A stretch of 64,000 nucleotides of DNA from Tepidisphaera sp. (GCA_050916045.1 CP051526.1:1440001-1504000), one strand, 5' to 3'; numbered from the stretch's first letter, positions 9,006 to 19,419 are shown. The notes: generated by a model from the sequence alone, not told the origin. Numbers and translations: made by a program.

Positions 9006-10328
9006 TTAGGAAGAAGCGGCGGGACGCCAGAAGGAAAGGGTCGGCTGAACGGTCGCGGCGGCGGGAACGCCCTCGGTCATCACCATGTGCTTGGTCCCGG
9101 GAAGATGGTGGCCCCATTTCACCTGCGCGAAGCAGACCGGGGAAGCCGAGAGCATCGGAGCGAGGGATGAGCTCGTGATCACACCGACAGCGTTGTCGCC
9201 CGTCGCGATCGAGGCGTCCATCGCGGCGCCGGCGGGCACCGCGAAGACGTGTGCGCCGGAGATCGGCATGAAGGGAAGGCCGCTCGCGGCGTCGCGGGCG
9301 TGCGTGGCAGGCTCGACCTTGAGCGCGACGAGCGTTTGCTTGGGATGCCCGCGTGCGTGCATGCGGGCGACGATCTCCTGCCCGAGGTAGCACCCCTTCG
9401 TGAAGCTCACCCGCTGGTCGAGAATCCCAGACTCCGCGGGCAGATTTTCCGGGCCAAAGTCGATGTTGTAGATCGGCGTGCCCGCTTCGATCCGCGCGAT
9501 GTTGAACGCGTGCCAGCCGATCGGGCGCAGGCGCACGCGGTGGCCCAGCGTCGGCCGGCTGCCGTCGATCGTCAAGCCGGGGTCAGAACCGGCTTCCAGG
9601 AGCCGCTTATAGACGAGCAGGGCGTGTTCCCGCGGGACGAAAAGCTCAAGGCCGCGTTCGCCCGTCAGATCGTCGCGCACGACCCAGACCCCGGCCATCT
9701 CCGTGTTTCCGTGCTCATCGGGCTCGCCCACGGCGAAAGCGACTTTCGACACGCCTCCGGGTTCCAAAGCCGTGACGCGAACGCTCCCCTCGGTCGTCTC
9801 GACCAGTTCGTCCAGAAGGATCGCGGAAGTCGGACCGTGGAGCGAGAAACGCGACCAAGCGGAAGAGACATCCGCGAGCGTGACGTCGTCGGCGATCACG
9901 AACGCTTCCAAGCCGGCGATCGTGCGTCCGGCCGCATGGATGTCCACATCGATCAGGATCGACGATCCGGTTTCGAAGAGCAGAAGGTCCGCATCCAGGC
10001 GGCCCTTTCGGTTAAGCCAGAAGCTTCGCCTTGCTTCCCGAGGCTTGAGGCCCTTGAGCTCCTGCGTCAGCATGCGGTTGAGGAACGCGAGACGCTCGGA
10101 CCCGCGCACCTCGATGACCGCACGGTGCGGCGTGTCAAAGAGCCCGCAGGACTTGCGGATCGCCGCGTACTCAAGCTCAAGTTCGCCGTAGGTCTGGACC
10201 AACTCGACCGGTGTCGAGGCGGCAGCGGGAGCGTCCTGGGACTGATCGGCGTTCGGAGCTTCGCCCCAGGGCGCGAGATACGCCTCGGCTTGCTGGTGAA
10301 GCTGGAGAATCGGGCTCGGAAGTGGCAT
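9006..10328 (-). CDS. ygfZ: YgfZ/GcvT-family folate-binding protein
   Basis: YgfZ signature SFTKGCYLGQE; also ELEYAAIRKSCGLFD and RIEAG. TACGCT lies 6 nt before the ATG at 10328. Confidence 0.85.
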   Translation of the reverse strand: MPLPSPILQLHQQAEAYLAPWGEAPNADQSQDAPAAASTPVELVQTYGELELEYAAIRKSCGLFDTPHRAVIEVRGSERLAFLNRMLTQELKGLKPREARRSFWLNRKGRLDADLLLFETGSSILIDVDIHAAGRTIAGLEAFVIADDVTLADVSSAWSRFSLHGPTSAILLDELVETTEGSVRVTALEPGGVSKVAFAVGEPDEHGNTEMAGVWVVRDDLTGERGLELFVPREHALLVYKRLLEAGSDPGLTIDGSRPTLGHRVRLRPIGWHAFNIARIEAGTPIYNIDFGPENLPAESGILDQRVSFTKGCYLGQEIVARMHARGHPKQTLVALKVEPATHARDAASGLPFMPISGAHVFAVPAGAAMDASIATGDNAVGVITSSSLAPMLSASPVCFAQVKWGHHLPGTKHMVMTEGVPAAATVQPTLSFWRPAASS

Positions 10329-10380
10329 CGTCTCAGCGTAGGAGGCCGGAAGTCTCCGCCGAAGCTCGTAGGATTGCCGC

Positions 10381-11202
10381 ATGCTCGACCCGCTGGAGTG
10401 CTACGAGTTGTGCGTGCAGTCGCCCCGACATGTGGCGGCTTTCCTGCGCGGGCTGCACGGCAACCTTCCCGCGACGCTTTACGAAGATTTCTGCGGCACG
10501 GGGGCGGTCTCCCGCCGCTGGGTGCAGGACGCTCGTCGGCTTGGCGTCCCGGGCGACGCGGTCGCGACTGATCTGGACGCGTCCACGGTCACGCGGGCCC
10601 GAGACCAGGCCCGCGAGGACGGCATCGCCGATGCGGTCGTCGTGAGGCTTGGCGACGTTCTCGCCAGTCCGCGTGAAGCCGAAGCGGCCGACCTCACGTT
10701 CGTCGGCAACTTCTCGATCGGTTACATCCACGATCGGCCAACGCTGATCCAGTACCTCTCACGCTGCAAGGCGCGCCTGGACGCGGCTCAGGGCGGTTTC
10801 GGCTCCGGCGGCCATGGTGCTTTCGTCTGCGACCTCTACGGCGGTGCGGGAGCCTTTCGCCTCGGCGGGCTTGAGCGCCGGCACCCCGGCCGGGGCCGCG
10901 AGATCATCCGGTACACGTGGGTCCACGAAGCGGCGGACCCGATGACCGCGATGGTGCGCAACTCCATCTCCTTCCGCGTCGAGGTTGACGGCGAGGTCGT
11001 GCAGGAGTGGCCCAGGGCGTTCGTGTACGAGTGGCGGCTTTGGAGCCTCGCCGAGCTGCGCGAGGCGATGCTCGAAGCCGGGTTTTCGCGGGTCGAGGTG
11101 TTCAAGGACGTTAACGTCGCGCCGGGGCACGCTCCCAAGCCGGTCGAAAGCCCGTCGGAACTCGGCGAAGACTGGATCGTGCTCGTCGCGGCGCGGGCCT
11201 GA
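10381..11202 (+). CDS. Class I SAM-dependent methyltransferase
   Basis: EDFCGTGA motif I, ATDLD, GDV, NFSIGY, WRLWSLAELREAMLEAGF. Confidence 0.8.
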   Translation: MLDPLECYELCVQSPRHVAAFLRGLHGNLPATLYEDFCGTGAVSRRWVQDARRLGVPGDAVATDLDASTVTRARDQAREDGIADAVVVRLGDVLASPREAEAADLTFVGNFSIGYIHDRPTLIQYLSRCKARLDAAQGGFGSGGHGAFVCDLYGGAGAFRLGGLERRHPGRGREIIRYTWVHEAADPMTAMVRNSISFRVEVDGEVVQEWPRAFVYEWRLWSLAELREAMLEAGFSRVEVFKDVNVAPGHAPKPVESPSELGEDWIVLVAARA

Positions 11203-11313
11203 TTTCGTGCGGCCGTTTCGGTGCCTATCCTTTATTAGGAGATTGATCGGGTGCTGCCACTCTGCCGGTGTGCGGCTCAGACAGGCCCGTGCTCTCCCCA
11301 AGAGGATCACCCC

Positions 11314-12027
11314 GTGAACAAGTTGTCTTTCGTCACCGTGCTTGCGTTGATCGGTTCGGCCGGCTTGGCTGTTGCTCAGCCCGAGAAGAAGGATGAGAAG
11401 AAGCCCGAGTCGGTCCCGGCGACGAAGGTTCAGCCTGTCAAGGAAGAGAAGAAGGACGACAAGAAGAAGGAAGAGGTCACCCTGAAGGTCGGTTCGGACG
11501 CTCCGAAGATCGAAGCGACGAAATGGGTGAAGGGCAAAGAGGTCAAATCGTTCGAGAAGGGCAAGGTCTACATCGTCGAGTTCTGGGCGACGTGGTGCCC
11601 CCCGTGCGTCAAGAGCATCCCGCACCTGACCGAGATGGCCAAGAAGTACTCGGACGTGACGATCATCGGCATGGCTTCCTCCGAGCGTCAGGCCAAGGAC
11701 GCGAAGACCGACAACCGCCTCGAGGTGGTCGAGAAGTTCGTGAAGGATCAGGGTGAGAAGATGGAGTACACGGTCGCGTACGACGCGGACCGCAAGATGT
11801 CGGCGTCGTGGATGCGTCCCGCCGGCCAGAACGGCATCCCCTGCTCGTTCATCGTGAACGGCGAGGGCAAGATCGCCTGGATCGGCAACCCGCTGGACCC
11901 CAACTTCGAGTCCGAGATCGCCAAGGTCGCCAAGCCCGTCGAGAGCAAGGACGGCAAGGACAGCAAGAAGCAGGAAAAGGGCAAGCCGGAGAAGTCCGCT
12001 CCCGCCAAGGAAGACAAGAAGAAGTAA
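11314..12027 (+). CDS. TlpA-family thiol:disulfide oxidoreductase, exported
   Basis: LKVGSDAP...IVEFWATWCPPC...GIPCSFIV. GTG start with a GAGGA RBS, then a signal peptide and Lys/Glu-rich termini. Confidence 0.92.
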   Translation: MNKLSFVTVLALIGSAGLAVAQPEKKDEKKPESVPATKVQPVKEEKKDDKKKEEVTLKVGSDAPKIEATKWVKGKEVKSFEKGKVYIVEFWATWCPPCVKSIPHLTEMAKKYSDVTIIGMASSERQAKDAKTDNRLEVVEKFVKDQGEKMEYTVAYDADRKMSASWMRPAGQNGIPCSFIVNGEGKIAWIGNPLDPNFESEIAKVAKPVESKDGKDSKKQEKGKPEKSAPAKEDKKK

Positions 12028-12063
12028 GCCGCTGGGCTTAGCGGCAAAGCCTCAAGAGAAAGC

Positions 12064-12095
12064 AAACCCCTCCGTCACGCGGAGGGGTTTTTCTT
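12064..12095 (+). terminator. Intrinsic terminator, probably bidirectional
   Basis: AAACCCCTCCG-TCACG-CGGAGGGGTTTTT between convergent genes. Confidence 0.85.
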
Positions 12096-14093
12096 TGCGC
12101 GGCCCCCGAGCGCCCGGGCTTGCCACCAACCGAGCAGCGGCTCGGCCATCGGCGAAGACACGCCGTACGCGTCGTTCATCGCGCGGGCGGCGTGTATGAG
12201 GAGTTCTTCGCGGTGCGGCGAGTGCATGGCGGCGTGCGCACGTTCCAGGTGTTCGGCCGCGCGGGCCCACGGTTCGACGTGCGCCGGAAGCGGCAGTTCG
12301 AGGACCTGTCTGGCCGCCAGCTTGATCGCGGACGCCGACATCGCGGACCCGGCGGTGCGTTCGTAAGCGATCGCAGTGGCGACGGGCGATGCCAACACGG
12401 CCGCGAGACGCCATAGGTCACCGATGGCGATGGGGGTCACGGTGAGGACGGGCGTTGAGGGGAGCAGCGTGCCCTCGGGATCGGCGAGGGGCTCGAGGGC
12501 ACGGGTCTGCGTCGCGAGGAGGATTTTGGGCACGAGACGCGACGTGATCCACGGGCCGAGCGTGCCGCGGGCTTGCATCGCGGATCGGTCGACGCGCGGG
12601 GCCCGCCAGACACGTTTGAGGATCCGTGTGGGCATGCGGCCCCAGTCGCTCTTCATGCAGTCGATGAGGCCGGAGGTGATGAGCGGCGGGAACCGGTCGT
12701 GGGTGCGGGGGTCGATCTCGGCATCCTCGACGATGAACCCCTCGAGGCCGTAGTACTGGTCGCGGAAGTCCGCGGTCGCTCGCGCGAGATCGCCGAGCGT
12801 GCCGCTGGTACGGATGTTCTCCAGCGCCGGCACCCCGCGGACGCGAGCGGCGAGGAGCGACCATGTCGAGCCGGCCGGTCGCGGGTGGGGTGCGGTCGCC
12901 GCCGGCCGGAAGGTCTCCGCATCGTGGAGCACGACGGGTTCGGGCTTTGCGCCGCGCTCGAAGCACGGGACGCACGTCAGGACCGTCGCGCCGGCGAAGT
13001 GTGAACGGCTTGCGACCCAGAGCGAGCAAAGGCGTGAATCCCTCAGAACCCGCTCGCGAACGCCCGCGGCGTCGCGTGCCGCGAGCAGCGACTGGGGCAT
13101 GACCAGGGCGAACCGCCCGCCCGGCCGGCAACGCTCGCACGCGAGAAGCAGGAACGCGGAGGAGAGATCGGCGTAACCCGTGATCGCGCCGCCGGACCAT
13201 TTGGCGAGCTTGGCCGCTTTGTCGCGGCTGTTGGCGGTTGAGGTCTCAAGCTGGTTGAGGTACGGGGGATTGCCGACGACCACGTCGTAGGTGCGGGTGT
13301 CGCGGGCGTCCAGAGCATCGGCGACCGCGATGCGTTTGCGGTGCGGATTCCAAGACGCTCCGGGCTTGCCGACGAACCTCCAGAGCGAGAAGGCCGCCAG
13401 TTCCGCGGCCAGGGGATCGATGTCGATGCCGTGGACGCGCGAAGCGGCGGCGGTGCGCGTCGAGGTCGCGGCCAGACGCTCGGCGGCGGCGATGAGAAAG
13501 TTGCCCGAGCCGCAGGAGGGGTCCAGGACCGTCGGGAGCGTTGGTCCACGTCCGAGCACGGGCGAGAGGGCGGCGTCCAGCGCGACGTTCACCAGTTCGC
13601 GCGGGGTGTAGAACGATCCGCATTTCTTGCGACCTGCGGGCGAGGTCGGCGCGGCAAGGGCAAGCATGGCTTCGTACGCGGTCCCGAGTGCGAAGACGTC
13701 GGGCGCGGCGGTGCCCGATGCCCACGAGCGGACGAGATCGAGGCATCCACGGAACGCTCCCGCGCCGGGCTGGTTCAGTCCGCGGACGGCGGCGGGGGAG
13801 TAGAGCCATGAACCCAGCGGGGGGAGGCCAAGCCGCGTGTCGCCGCGATCCAGCCCGCGAAAGACACGCCCGCACGCTTGCCAGTTGCGATCGGCCGAGA
13901 GAATCGCGTGGTCGCGGGCGTAGCGATCCCGGGTTTGGCGGCCGGTCCGCGGCGGGTGCAGGAGCGATTCGCGTTCCATGATCGCGAGGATCGCGAGGCG
14001 GAGCACGACGACCATGGCGGGACGCGACGGCTTGGCCGGCGCGAGTGCTTTGAGCGCCTCGGCGAGCGCGGATGTCAGGCGGACGGTGGGCAC
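12075..14093 (-). CDS. N6-adenine DNA methyltransferase (Eco57I/TaqI-like) with a C-terminal target-recognition region
   Basis: GSFYTP, VLDPSCGSGNFL, GIDID and VVGNPPY motifs. The GTG start at 14093 is inferred from an upstream TACGCT and is uncertain. Confidence 0.85.
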   Translation of the reverse strand: MPTVRLTSALAEALKALAPAKPSRPAMVVVLRLAILAIMERESLLHPPRTGRQTRDRYARDHAILSADRNWQACGRVFRGLDRGDTRLGLPPLGSWLYSPAAVRGLNQPGAGAFRGCLDLVRSWASGTAAPDVFALGTAYEAMLALAAPTSPAGRKKCGSFYTPRELVNVALDAALSPVLGRGPTLPTVLDPSCGSGNFLIAAAERLAATSTRTAAASRVHGIDIDPLAAELAAFSLWRFVGKPGASWNPHRKRIAVADALDARDTRTYDVVVGNPPYLNQLETSTANSRDKAAKLAKWSGGAITGYADLSSAFLLLACERCRPGGRFALVMPQSLLAARDAAGVRERVLRDSRLCSLWVASRSHFAGATVLTCVPCFERGAKPEPVVLHDAETFRPAATAPHPRPAGSTWSLLAARVRGVPALENIRTSGTLGDLARATADFRDQYYGLEGFIVEDAEIDPRTHDRFPPLITSGLIDCMKSDWGRMPTRILKRVWRAPRVDRSAMQARGTLGPWITSRLVPKILLATQTRALEPLADPEGTLLPSTPVLTVTPIAIGDLWRLAAVLASPVATAIAYERTAGSAMSASAIKLAARQVLELPLPAHVEPWARAAEHLERAHAAMHSPHREELLIHAARAMNDAYGVSSPMAEPLLGWWQARALGGRAKKNPSA

Positions 14094-14131
14094 GCGAGGG
14101 GAGCGTATCAGTGCCGGGGTACACTGCGAGC

Positions 14132-14524
14132 ATGGGTTTCTTTGATTGGCTACGTGGCGGCGTTCGGAAGAGCGTCGGAAAGGGCGGGATCCGGCTGGAA
14201 TGGTCGGGTTTGACGACGGCTCCCTCGGACGGCGATGAAAGCGAGGCGGACTGGGCGCGGGTGGAGGCAATGCTTCAGCGGTTTCTGGCCGAGCCGCCGA
14301 CGTCGGACGCTTTTTTCATCATCGGCGTCAGCGAGATGACGTACCTCCAGGGGGTGTGGGAGGAGGGGTCGATCCATCTGGAGCATCAGCAGGGCTCGAT
14401 GGACAGGCACTTTGAGTGCACTCAGCCGGTGGATCGGGGGCTGCTGCTGGATCTCGCCCGGCTGTTCGTCGACAACCCGGCCTCGATCGAGGCGGCGGCT
14501 TCGTGGGCTCCGATGGAATTGTGA
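14132..14524 (+). CDS. Hypothetical protein
   Basis: MGFFDWLRGG..., 130 aa, with native codon usage. TACACT lies 6 nt before the ATG. Confidence 0.7.
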   Translation: MGFFDWLRGGVRKSVGKGGIRLEWSGLTTAPSDGDESEADWARVEAMLQRFLAEPPTSDAFFIIGVSEMTYLQGVWEEGSIHLEHQQGSMDRHFECTQPVDRGLLLDLARLFVDNPASIEAAASWAPMEL

Positions 14525-14551
14525 CGGCCGGTCGGGCGACTACCATCGGCC

Positions 14552-15262
14552 ATGCGCACACGGACGAAGAAAGCGGTGATGTGGACTGTGGTCGGGATGA
14601 CCCTCGGGCTGGCGATCGGCTGTGAGAGGCCGGCACCGCCGGCTCCCGGCGTTTCGGCCAAGAGGACCGAGCCCGTGGCGGAACAACCGCCCGCGGCCAA
14701 TCCCGGAGCGGCGGCTTCGACACCGGCACCCGGCCCCGCCGGCGCTCCGCCGATGCCCGGCCCCGCGACGCCCGCCAAGGAGGATGTCGCGGATTTGGCG
14801 TCGCCGACGTTCATTCTCGGCGGTCTGAAGTTCACCAAGCCCGAAACGTGGTCGCGGGTCGCGCCGTCGAACTCCATGCGGAAAGCCGAACTTCGGAGCC
14901 CGGGTGTGGGCGGCGCGGAGGAGGCGGTCGTGGCTTTCAGCCAGGCTGGCGGCACCGTGCAGTGGAACCTCGACCGCTGGAAGACGCAGGTCACCGGTCC
15001 CGATGGCAAGCCCGCCGAAGCGACCATCGAAGTCCGTGAGGTGGGCGGCATCAAGGTGCACATCTTCTCGTCCAGCGGCGCGTATCAGGACGGCATGCCC
15101 GGCGGGCCGAAGACTCCTCGCGAGAAGTGGACCCTTCGCGGCGCGGTGATCGAGACGACGCCCATGCTCACCTTCGCGAAGATGATGGGGCCGGAAGAGT
15201 CGATGACCGCGGCCAAGCCGGCGTGGGACGCGATGATCGCCGGGCTCGTCAAAGCTGAGTAA
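14552..15262 (+). CDS. Hypothetical lipoprotein
   Basis: Signal peptide with lipobox LAIGC, a Pro/Ala linker, then a globular domain (PSNSMRKAE, GGTVQWNLDRWKTQ). Confidence 0.8.
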   Translation: MRTRTKKAVMWTVVGMTLGLAIGCERPAPPAPGVSAKRTEPVAEQPPAANPGAAASTPAPGPAGAPPMPGPATPAKEDVADLASPTFILGGLKFTKPETWSRVAPSNSMRKAELRSPGVGGAEEAVVAFSQAGGTVQWNLDRWKTQVTGPDGKPAEATIEVREVGGIKVHIFSSSGAYQDGMPGGPKTPREKWTLRGAVIETTPMLTFAKMMGPEESMTAAKPAWDAMIAGLVKAE

Positions 15263-15291
15263 GCCGAGTCCTCTCGTCGCGGCCGCAACGG

Positions 15292-17028
15292 TTACGGCAG
15301 CTTGACCTCGCGCGAGAGCCCCGAGGCTTTCTCCGCGACGTAGCGGATCGTCACCGTTGAGCCCGAGGGCGCCGCGACGAAGAAGCGGTACGTCAGCGTC
15401 TCGCGCGAGCCGATCCCGCTGTTCACGAGCACGCGGCCGGGTTCATGGTCCACGAGGCGAGGTTTGTCGTCGAGCCAGTTGTTCATCCGGCCGGACGCGA
15501 CGACCTTTCCGCCGGGCACTTCCGCAGTCAAGAGGTCCGGCAAGCCGATGCGTTTGTTCTCCGCGTGCTGCGATCGCGTCGGGATCGCCCGCTGATTGCG
15601 GATCTCGATCGTCACCATGTAGAGGCCGTCCGAGACCTTCGTCGCTTCGGCGCGGTCGGTCGTCAGCCAGGGCATGCTGTCGGCGTGCACCATCGTGAAC
15701 GCGAAGTTGCGGTGGCACTCTTCCTCGAGCATGAACGTCGGGGTGTTGCGGGCGGACCACTTGTTCATCCCGCCGATCAGGATCTTGCCGTGCTTGGGAT
15801 GGTCGAATTCCTTGTAGGGGACGAAGTTCTGGCCGAACGCCATGCGGTCGGTCCAGAGCCAGTCCTGCTGCTCGCTTGGGTTGGTCACGTCGCGCTGGAA
15901 GTACTTGGACTCCGACCAGAGCTCGTTGGTGAAGGAGAAGATGCCGCGTGACTCGGCGGTCCAGTTCACGAGGCCGCCGTGCACGGTGTACAGGTCCTTG
16001 TGGATGATCATCGAGCGGTAGTAGGGGAGGAGCTGTTCGCCGATGCGGGCGATCTCGTCGTAGACGGACGCGTCCTGGTCGGGGTACGCCCACTCGCGGA
16101 ACGGGGCTCCGGGACCACGGAGGATCATGCCGCCGGCGTTGTGGTAGGACTGCGCCGCCGCGATGTTCGGGCGGGTCTCGATGAAATCGGCGATGCACCG
16201 CGTCTCGGGTGCGGAGAAGGGACAAGGACCTGCTCCGAACTGCACGTACTCGGGAAGCCAGCCCGCGGGCCAGTTCCGGTTCATGTCGTCGCCGTACGGG
16301 CCGTCCTCGTTGACGAGGCCGTCGCCGTCGTTGTCGATTCCTTCTTCGCCCAAGCGTGTCCACCCGCCCGCGGGCTTGTCGTCGGGTCGACGGCGGAAGA
16401 TGCGGGGGTCGTCCTTGTCGCGTTCCCAGCGGCCGGCGGGGTCGGCTTTCCACATTTGCGTGAGCTGGCCGTCGCCGTCGAGGTCGTCGGGGCCGTCCTC
16501 ATCGATGCGTCCGTCGCGGTCGTTGTCGACGGGGCGCTGGTTGCCGCGGAAGTTGTTGGGGTTGGAGGGTCCCTTGAACCACGCGTCGCGGCTGTCGGGA
16601 TTGACGACGGGCGTGAGGTAGAACGCGGAACGGTCGATGAGCTCGGTGAGCGGCTTGTTGGTGCCGTGCATCTTGGTGAGGTACCACGCGGTGTAGAGGA
16701 CGGCTTCGGCGGCTTGGACTTCGTTGGCGTGGATGGCGCCGTCGATCCACATGGCCGGCTTGTCGGTGTCCTTGCCGGTCTTGGGGTTGTTGATGGTGAG
16801 CATCCAGATCTCGCGGCCCTGCAGGCTTCGGCCGAGGCTTGAGACCTTGGCGATCTCGGGGTAGGCGGCGGCGAGGTCCTGCATGGCTTTGCTGATCTCG
16901 TCGTAGGTGTGGTACCGGTTCCAGACGAGAGGGACCTTGGACGGGACGTCGGCCTGGGCTCTCACATCCGGAGCGGACAGGGCGTGAAGACCTAGAACAG
17001 CGGCGGTGAGGGCGAGTTTGGGTTGCAT
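15292..17028 (-). CDS. Secreted M14 zinc carboxypeptidase with inserted DxDxDG Ca-binding loops
   Basis: DGAIHANE zinc motif, NPDSR, DMNRNW, SYHN, FTNELW, and the loop DNDRDGRIDEDGPDDLDGDG. Confidence 0.9.
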   Translation of the reverse strand: MQPKLALTAAVLGLHALSAPDVRAQADVPSKVPLVWNRYHTYDEISKAMQDLAAAYPEIAKVSSLGRSLQGREIWMLTINNPKTGKDTDKPAMWIDGAIHANEVQAAEAVLYTAWYLTKMHGTNKPLTELIDRSAFYLTPVVNPDSRDAWFKGPSNPNNFRGNQRPVDNDRDGRIDEDGPDDLDGDGQLTQMWKADPAGRWERDKDDPRIFRRRPDDKPAGGWTRLGEEGIDNDGDGLVNEDGPYGDDMNRNWPAGWLPEYVQFGAGPCPFSAPETRCIADFIETRPNIAAAQSYHNAGGMILRGPGAPFREWAYPDQDASVYDEIARIGEQLLPYYRSMIIHKDLYTVHGGLVNWTAESRGIFSFTNELWSESKYFQRDVTNPSEQQDWLWTDRMAFGQNFVPYKEFDHPKHGKILIGGMNKWSARNTPTFMLEEECHRNFAFTMVHADSMPWLTTDRAEATKVSDGLYMVTIEIRNQRAIPTRSQHAENKRIGLPDLLTAEVPGGKVVASGRMNNWLDDKPRLVDHEPGRVLVNSGIGSRETLTYRFFVAAPSGSTVTIRYVAEKASGLSREVKLP

Positions 17029-17151
17029 GCGGGAGAGAGTGTAACGGAATCTGGACGTTTGGGGGGCGGGCCCCGGGAGAAGTCCTTGCACACGGCTTGC
17101 GGATCGGGCATACTGCCCGCTGTGTCTGTCCCCTTTCGAGGAGTATGCGTG

Positions 17152-19419
17152 ATGGCCAAGCGTGTGTGCACGATCGTTCCGGCGGTTCTTTGGGCGGCGG
17201 CGGGTCTTGCGGTGGGGCCGATGTCCGGCGTCGCGATGGCGGCGGCGGACCAGTCGGCGAACCAACCTGCGAACCAACAAGCGGCTTCGCGGACGTTTGT
17301 CGAGCAGCCGGGCGTGCTTGAGTTCACAGGGATGCTGATCGTGCGGCCGATTCAGGGCCTGGTCGCGGATTCGGACGCGCGGGCGCGGGCTTTGCTTGCT
17401 CCGATGGTGCTCCGGCATCACGCGGCGGTGGATGAGTACATCGTGCGTGTGCCGCTTGATCGCGTGACGGCGGGCGTCGCGGGGTCTGGCGAGAACGCGC
17501 TGGCCGCCGAGCTGATGGCGACGGGCTTCTTTCAGTACGCGGTGCCGAACTGGATGTGCTACCCGCTGGAGGTGACGCCGAATGATCCGCTCTTCAGCTC
17601 GCAGTGGCACCATCAGATGATGCGGTCGCAAGCGGGGTGGACGATCTCGACGGGTTCGCCGGATCTGACGGTCGCGGTGACGGACACGGGCATCGACGTG
17701 ACGCACCCGGACCTGACGTCGCACCGGGTGCTGGGGTATGACGCGTACAACAACATCGCGGAGGTCAACGGCGGCAGCGTCGCGGACATCAACGGTCACG
17801 GCACGCACGTCGCGGGTTGCGCTGCGGCGATCGGCGACAACGGCGAGGGTGTGGCCGGGCCGAACTGGAACTCGAAGATCATGATGATCCGCGTCGCGAT
17901 CAACTCCGGCGGCGGAGCGTACTACGAGGATCTGATGGAGGGCGCCCGCTGGGCGATCGAGAACGGCGCCAAGACCGTGAGCGCCTCGTACTCGGGCGTC
18001 GACTATGAGCCGATCCAGACGACCGGCGCGTACATCAAGTCCATCGGCGGGCTTTACTTCTACGCGGCGGGCAACGACGCTCGAAACCTGAACATGTTCG
18101 ACTGGCCGGACGTCACGGTCGTCGGTGCCAGCGAGAGCGGCGATAACCGGGCGGGTTTCTCGGCGTACGGGCCGGGCGTGGACGTGTTCGCTCCCGGACA
18201 GAACATTCTGTCGTCGATCAACGGCGGCGGGTACGGCGGGGCTTCGGGCACGAGCATGGCGACGCCGGTCGCCAACGGCGTGGCTTCGCTGATCTGGTCG
18301 ATCAACCCGGCGCTCTCGCCGGACCAGGTCCAGAACCTGCTCTACACCTCAAGCACCGACAAGGGCACCCCGGGCGATGATGATGTCTGGGGCTGGGGCC
18401 GCGTGGATGTGCTCGGCGCGACGCAGGCCGCGGCCGGCACGCTCGGCCCGGCGGATCCGACGGCTTCGGACGACTCGTACATCGCCGTCGGCGACGCGGT
18501 CGCGCCCCAAGCGGAACTCCTCGACGTCCTGAGCAACGACTTTGACGTCAACGGCGACACCATCACGCTGCTCTCGTTCTCCGCGTCGACGCCGGCGGGC
18601 GGGACGCTGACGCGCTCGGTCGGCACCGGCCCCGGCGGCCGCGACCAGATCGCGTACGCGGCCGCTCCGGGATACTCGGGCGCGGACACCTTCTCCTACA
18701 CGGTTCAGGACGGCACGGGCCGGGAGGACACTGCGACCGTCACGGTCACGGTGATGGACAGCTCGCTCTTCCGCACTCCCGAGAACCCGATCCACCGCGC
18801 GGCTGAGATCGATGTGGCGTACTACGTCACGGTCGGTTTCAGCAACCTGCCGAACTTTGACACGATGTCCCCGTACGCCCAGGCCCGCTCGGCGGACATC
18901 AACTATCCGTCGACGAACGGCGCGTTCGCGGCGAGCGGTCGGAGCGATGAGGTCGGCGCGGTCTTCACCGGGTTTGTCACCGTGCCGCGGACCGGGTTCT
19001 ACACGTTCTACACGTCCTCGGATGACGGCTCGCGTCTGCTCATCGGCGATCAGGTCGTCGTGAACAACGACGGCCTGCACGGGATGGAGGAGCGGTTCGG
19101 TCAGATCGGCCTCAAAGCCGGGACGCACGCGATCCGCGTGAACTTCTTCGAGAATGGCGGCGGTGCGGGCGTGATCGCTTCGATCCAGGGCCCGGGCCTG
19201 GCCAAGCAGCCGATCGCGGCTTCGATGTTCTCCCGCGAGGTGTGCGGAGCGGACTTCAACGGCGACGGATTCGTCGATTTCTTCGACTATGACGCGTACG
19301 TCGAGTGCTTCGAGGGCGCAGCCTGCCCGCCGCGTCAGACGGCCGACTTCAACGGCGACGGCTTCGCCGACTTCTTCGACTACGACGACTTCATCGGAGC
19401 CTTCGAGACGGGTTGCTGA
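17152..19419 (+). CDS. S8 subtilase with a cadherin-like/Ig domain, a PA14 domain and a GC-terminated dockerin-like tail
   Basis: Catalytic triad motifs VTDTG, HGTHVAG and SGTSMATP; DVLSNDFDVNGD; SDDGSRL; tail ends ...AFETGC. GAGGAG RBS. Confidence 0.93.
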   Translation: MAKRVCTIVPAVLWAAAGLAVGPMSGVAMAAADQSANQPANQQAASRTFVEQPGVLEFTGMLIVRPIQGLVADSDARARALLAPMVLRHHAAVDEYIVRVPLDRVTAGVAGSGENALAAELMATGFFQYAVPNWMCYPLEVTPNDPLFSSQWHHQMMRSQAGWTISTGSPDLTVAVTDTGIDVTHPDLTSHRVLGYDAYNNIAEVNGGSVADINGHGTHVAGCAAAIGDNGEGVAGPNWNSKIMMIRVAINSGGGAYYEDLMEGARWAIENGAKTVSASYSGVDYEPIQTTGAYIKSIGGLYFYAAGNDARNLNMFDWPDVTVVGASESGDNRAGFSAYGPGVDVFAPGQNILSSINGGGYGGASGTSMATPVANGVASLIWSINPALSPDQVQNLLYTSSTDKGTPGDDDVWGWGRVDVLGATQAAAGTLGPADPTASDDSYIAVGDAVAPQAELLDVLSNDFDVNGDTITLLSFSASTPAGGTLTRSVGTGPGGRDQIAYAAAPGYSGADTFSYTVQDGTGREDTATVTVTVMDSSLFRTPENPIHRAAEIDVAYYVTVGFSNLPNFDTMSPYAQARSADINYPSTNGAFAASGRSDEVGAVFTGFVTVPRTGFYTFYTSSDDGSRLLIGDQVVVNNDGLHGMEERFGQIGLKAGTHAIRVNFFENGGGAGVIASIQGPGLAKQPIAASMFSREVCGADFNGDGFVDFFDYDAYVECFEGAACPPRQTADFNGDGFADFFDYDDFIGAFETGC

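Noticed and set aside
11314..12027. TlpA as the disulfide catalyst for the 12-Cys peptide
   Set aside because: It lies about 49 kb away with no evidence of linkage.
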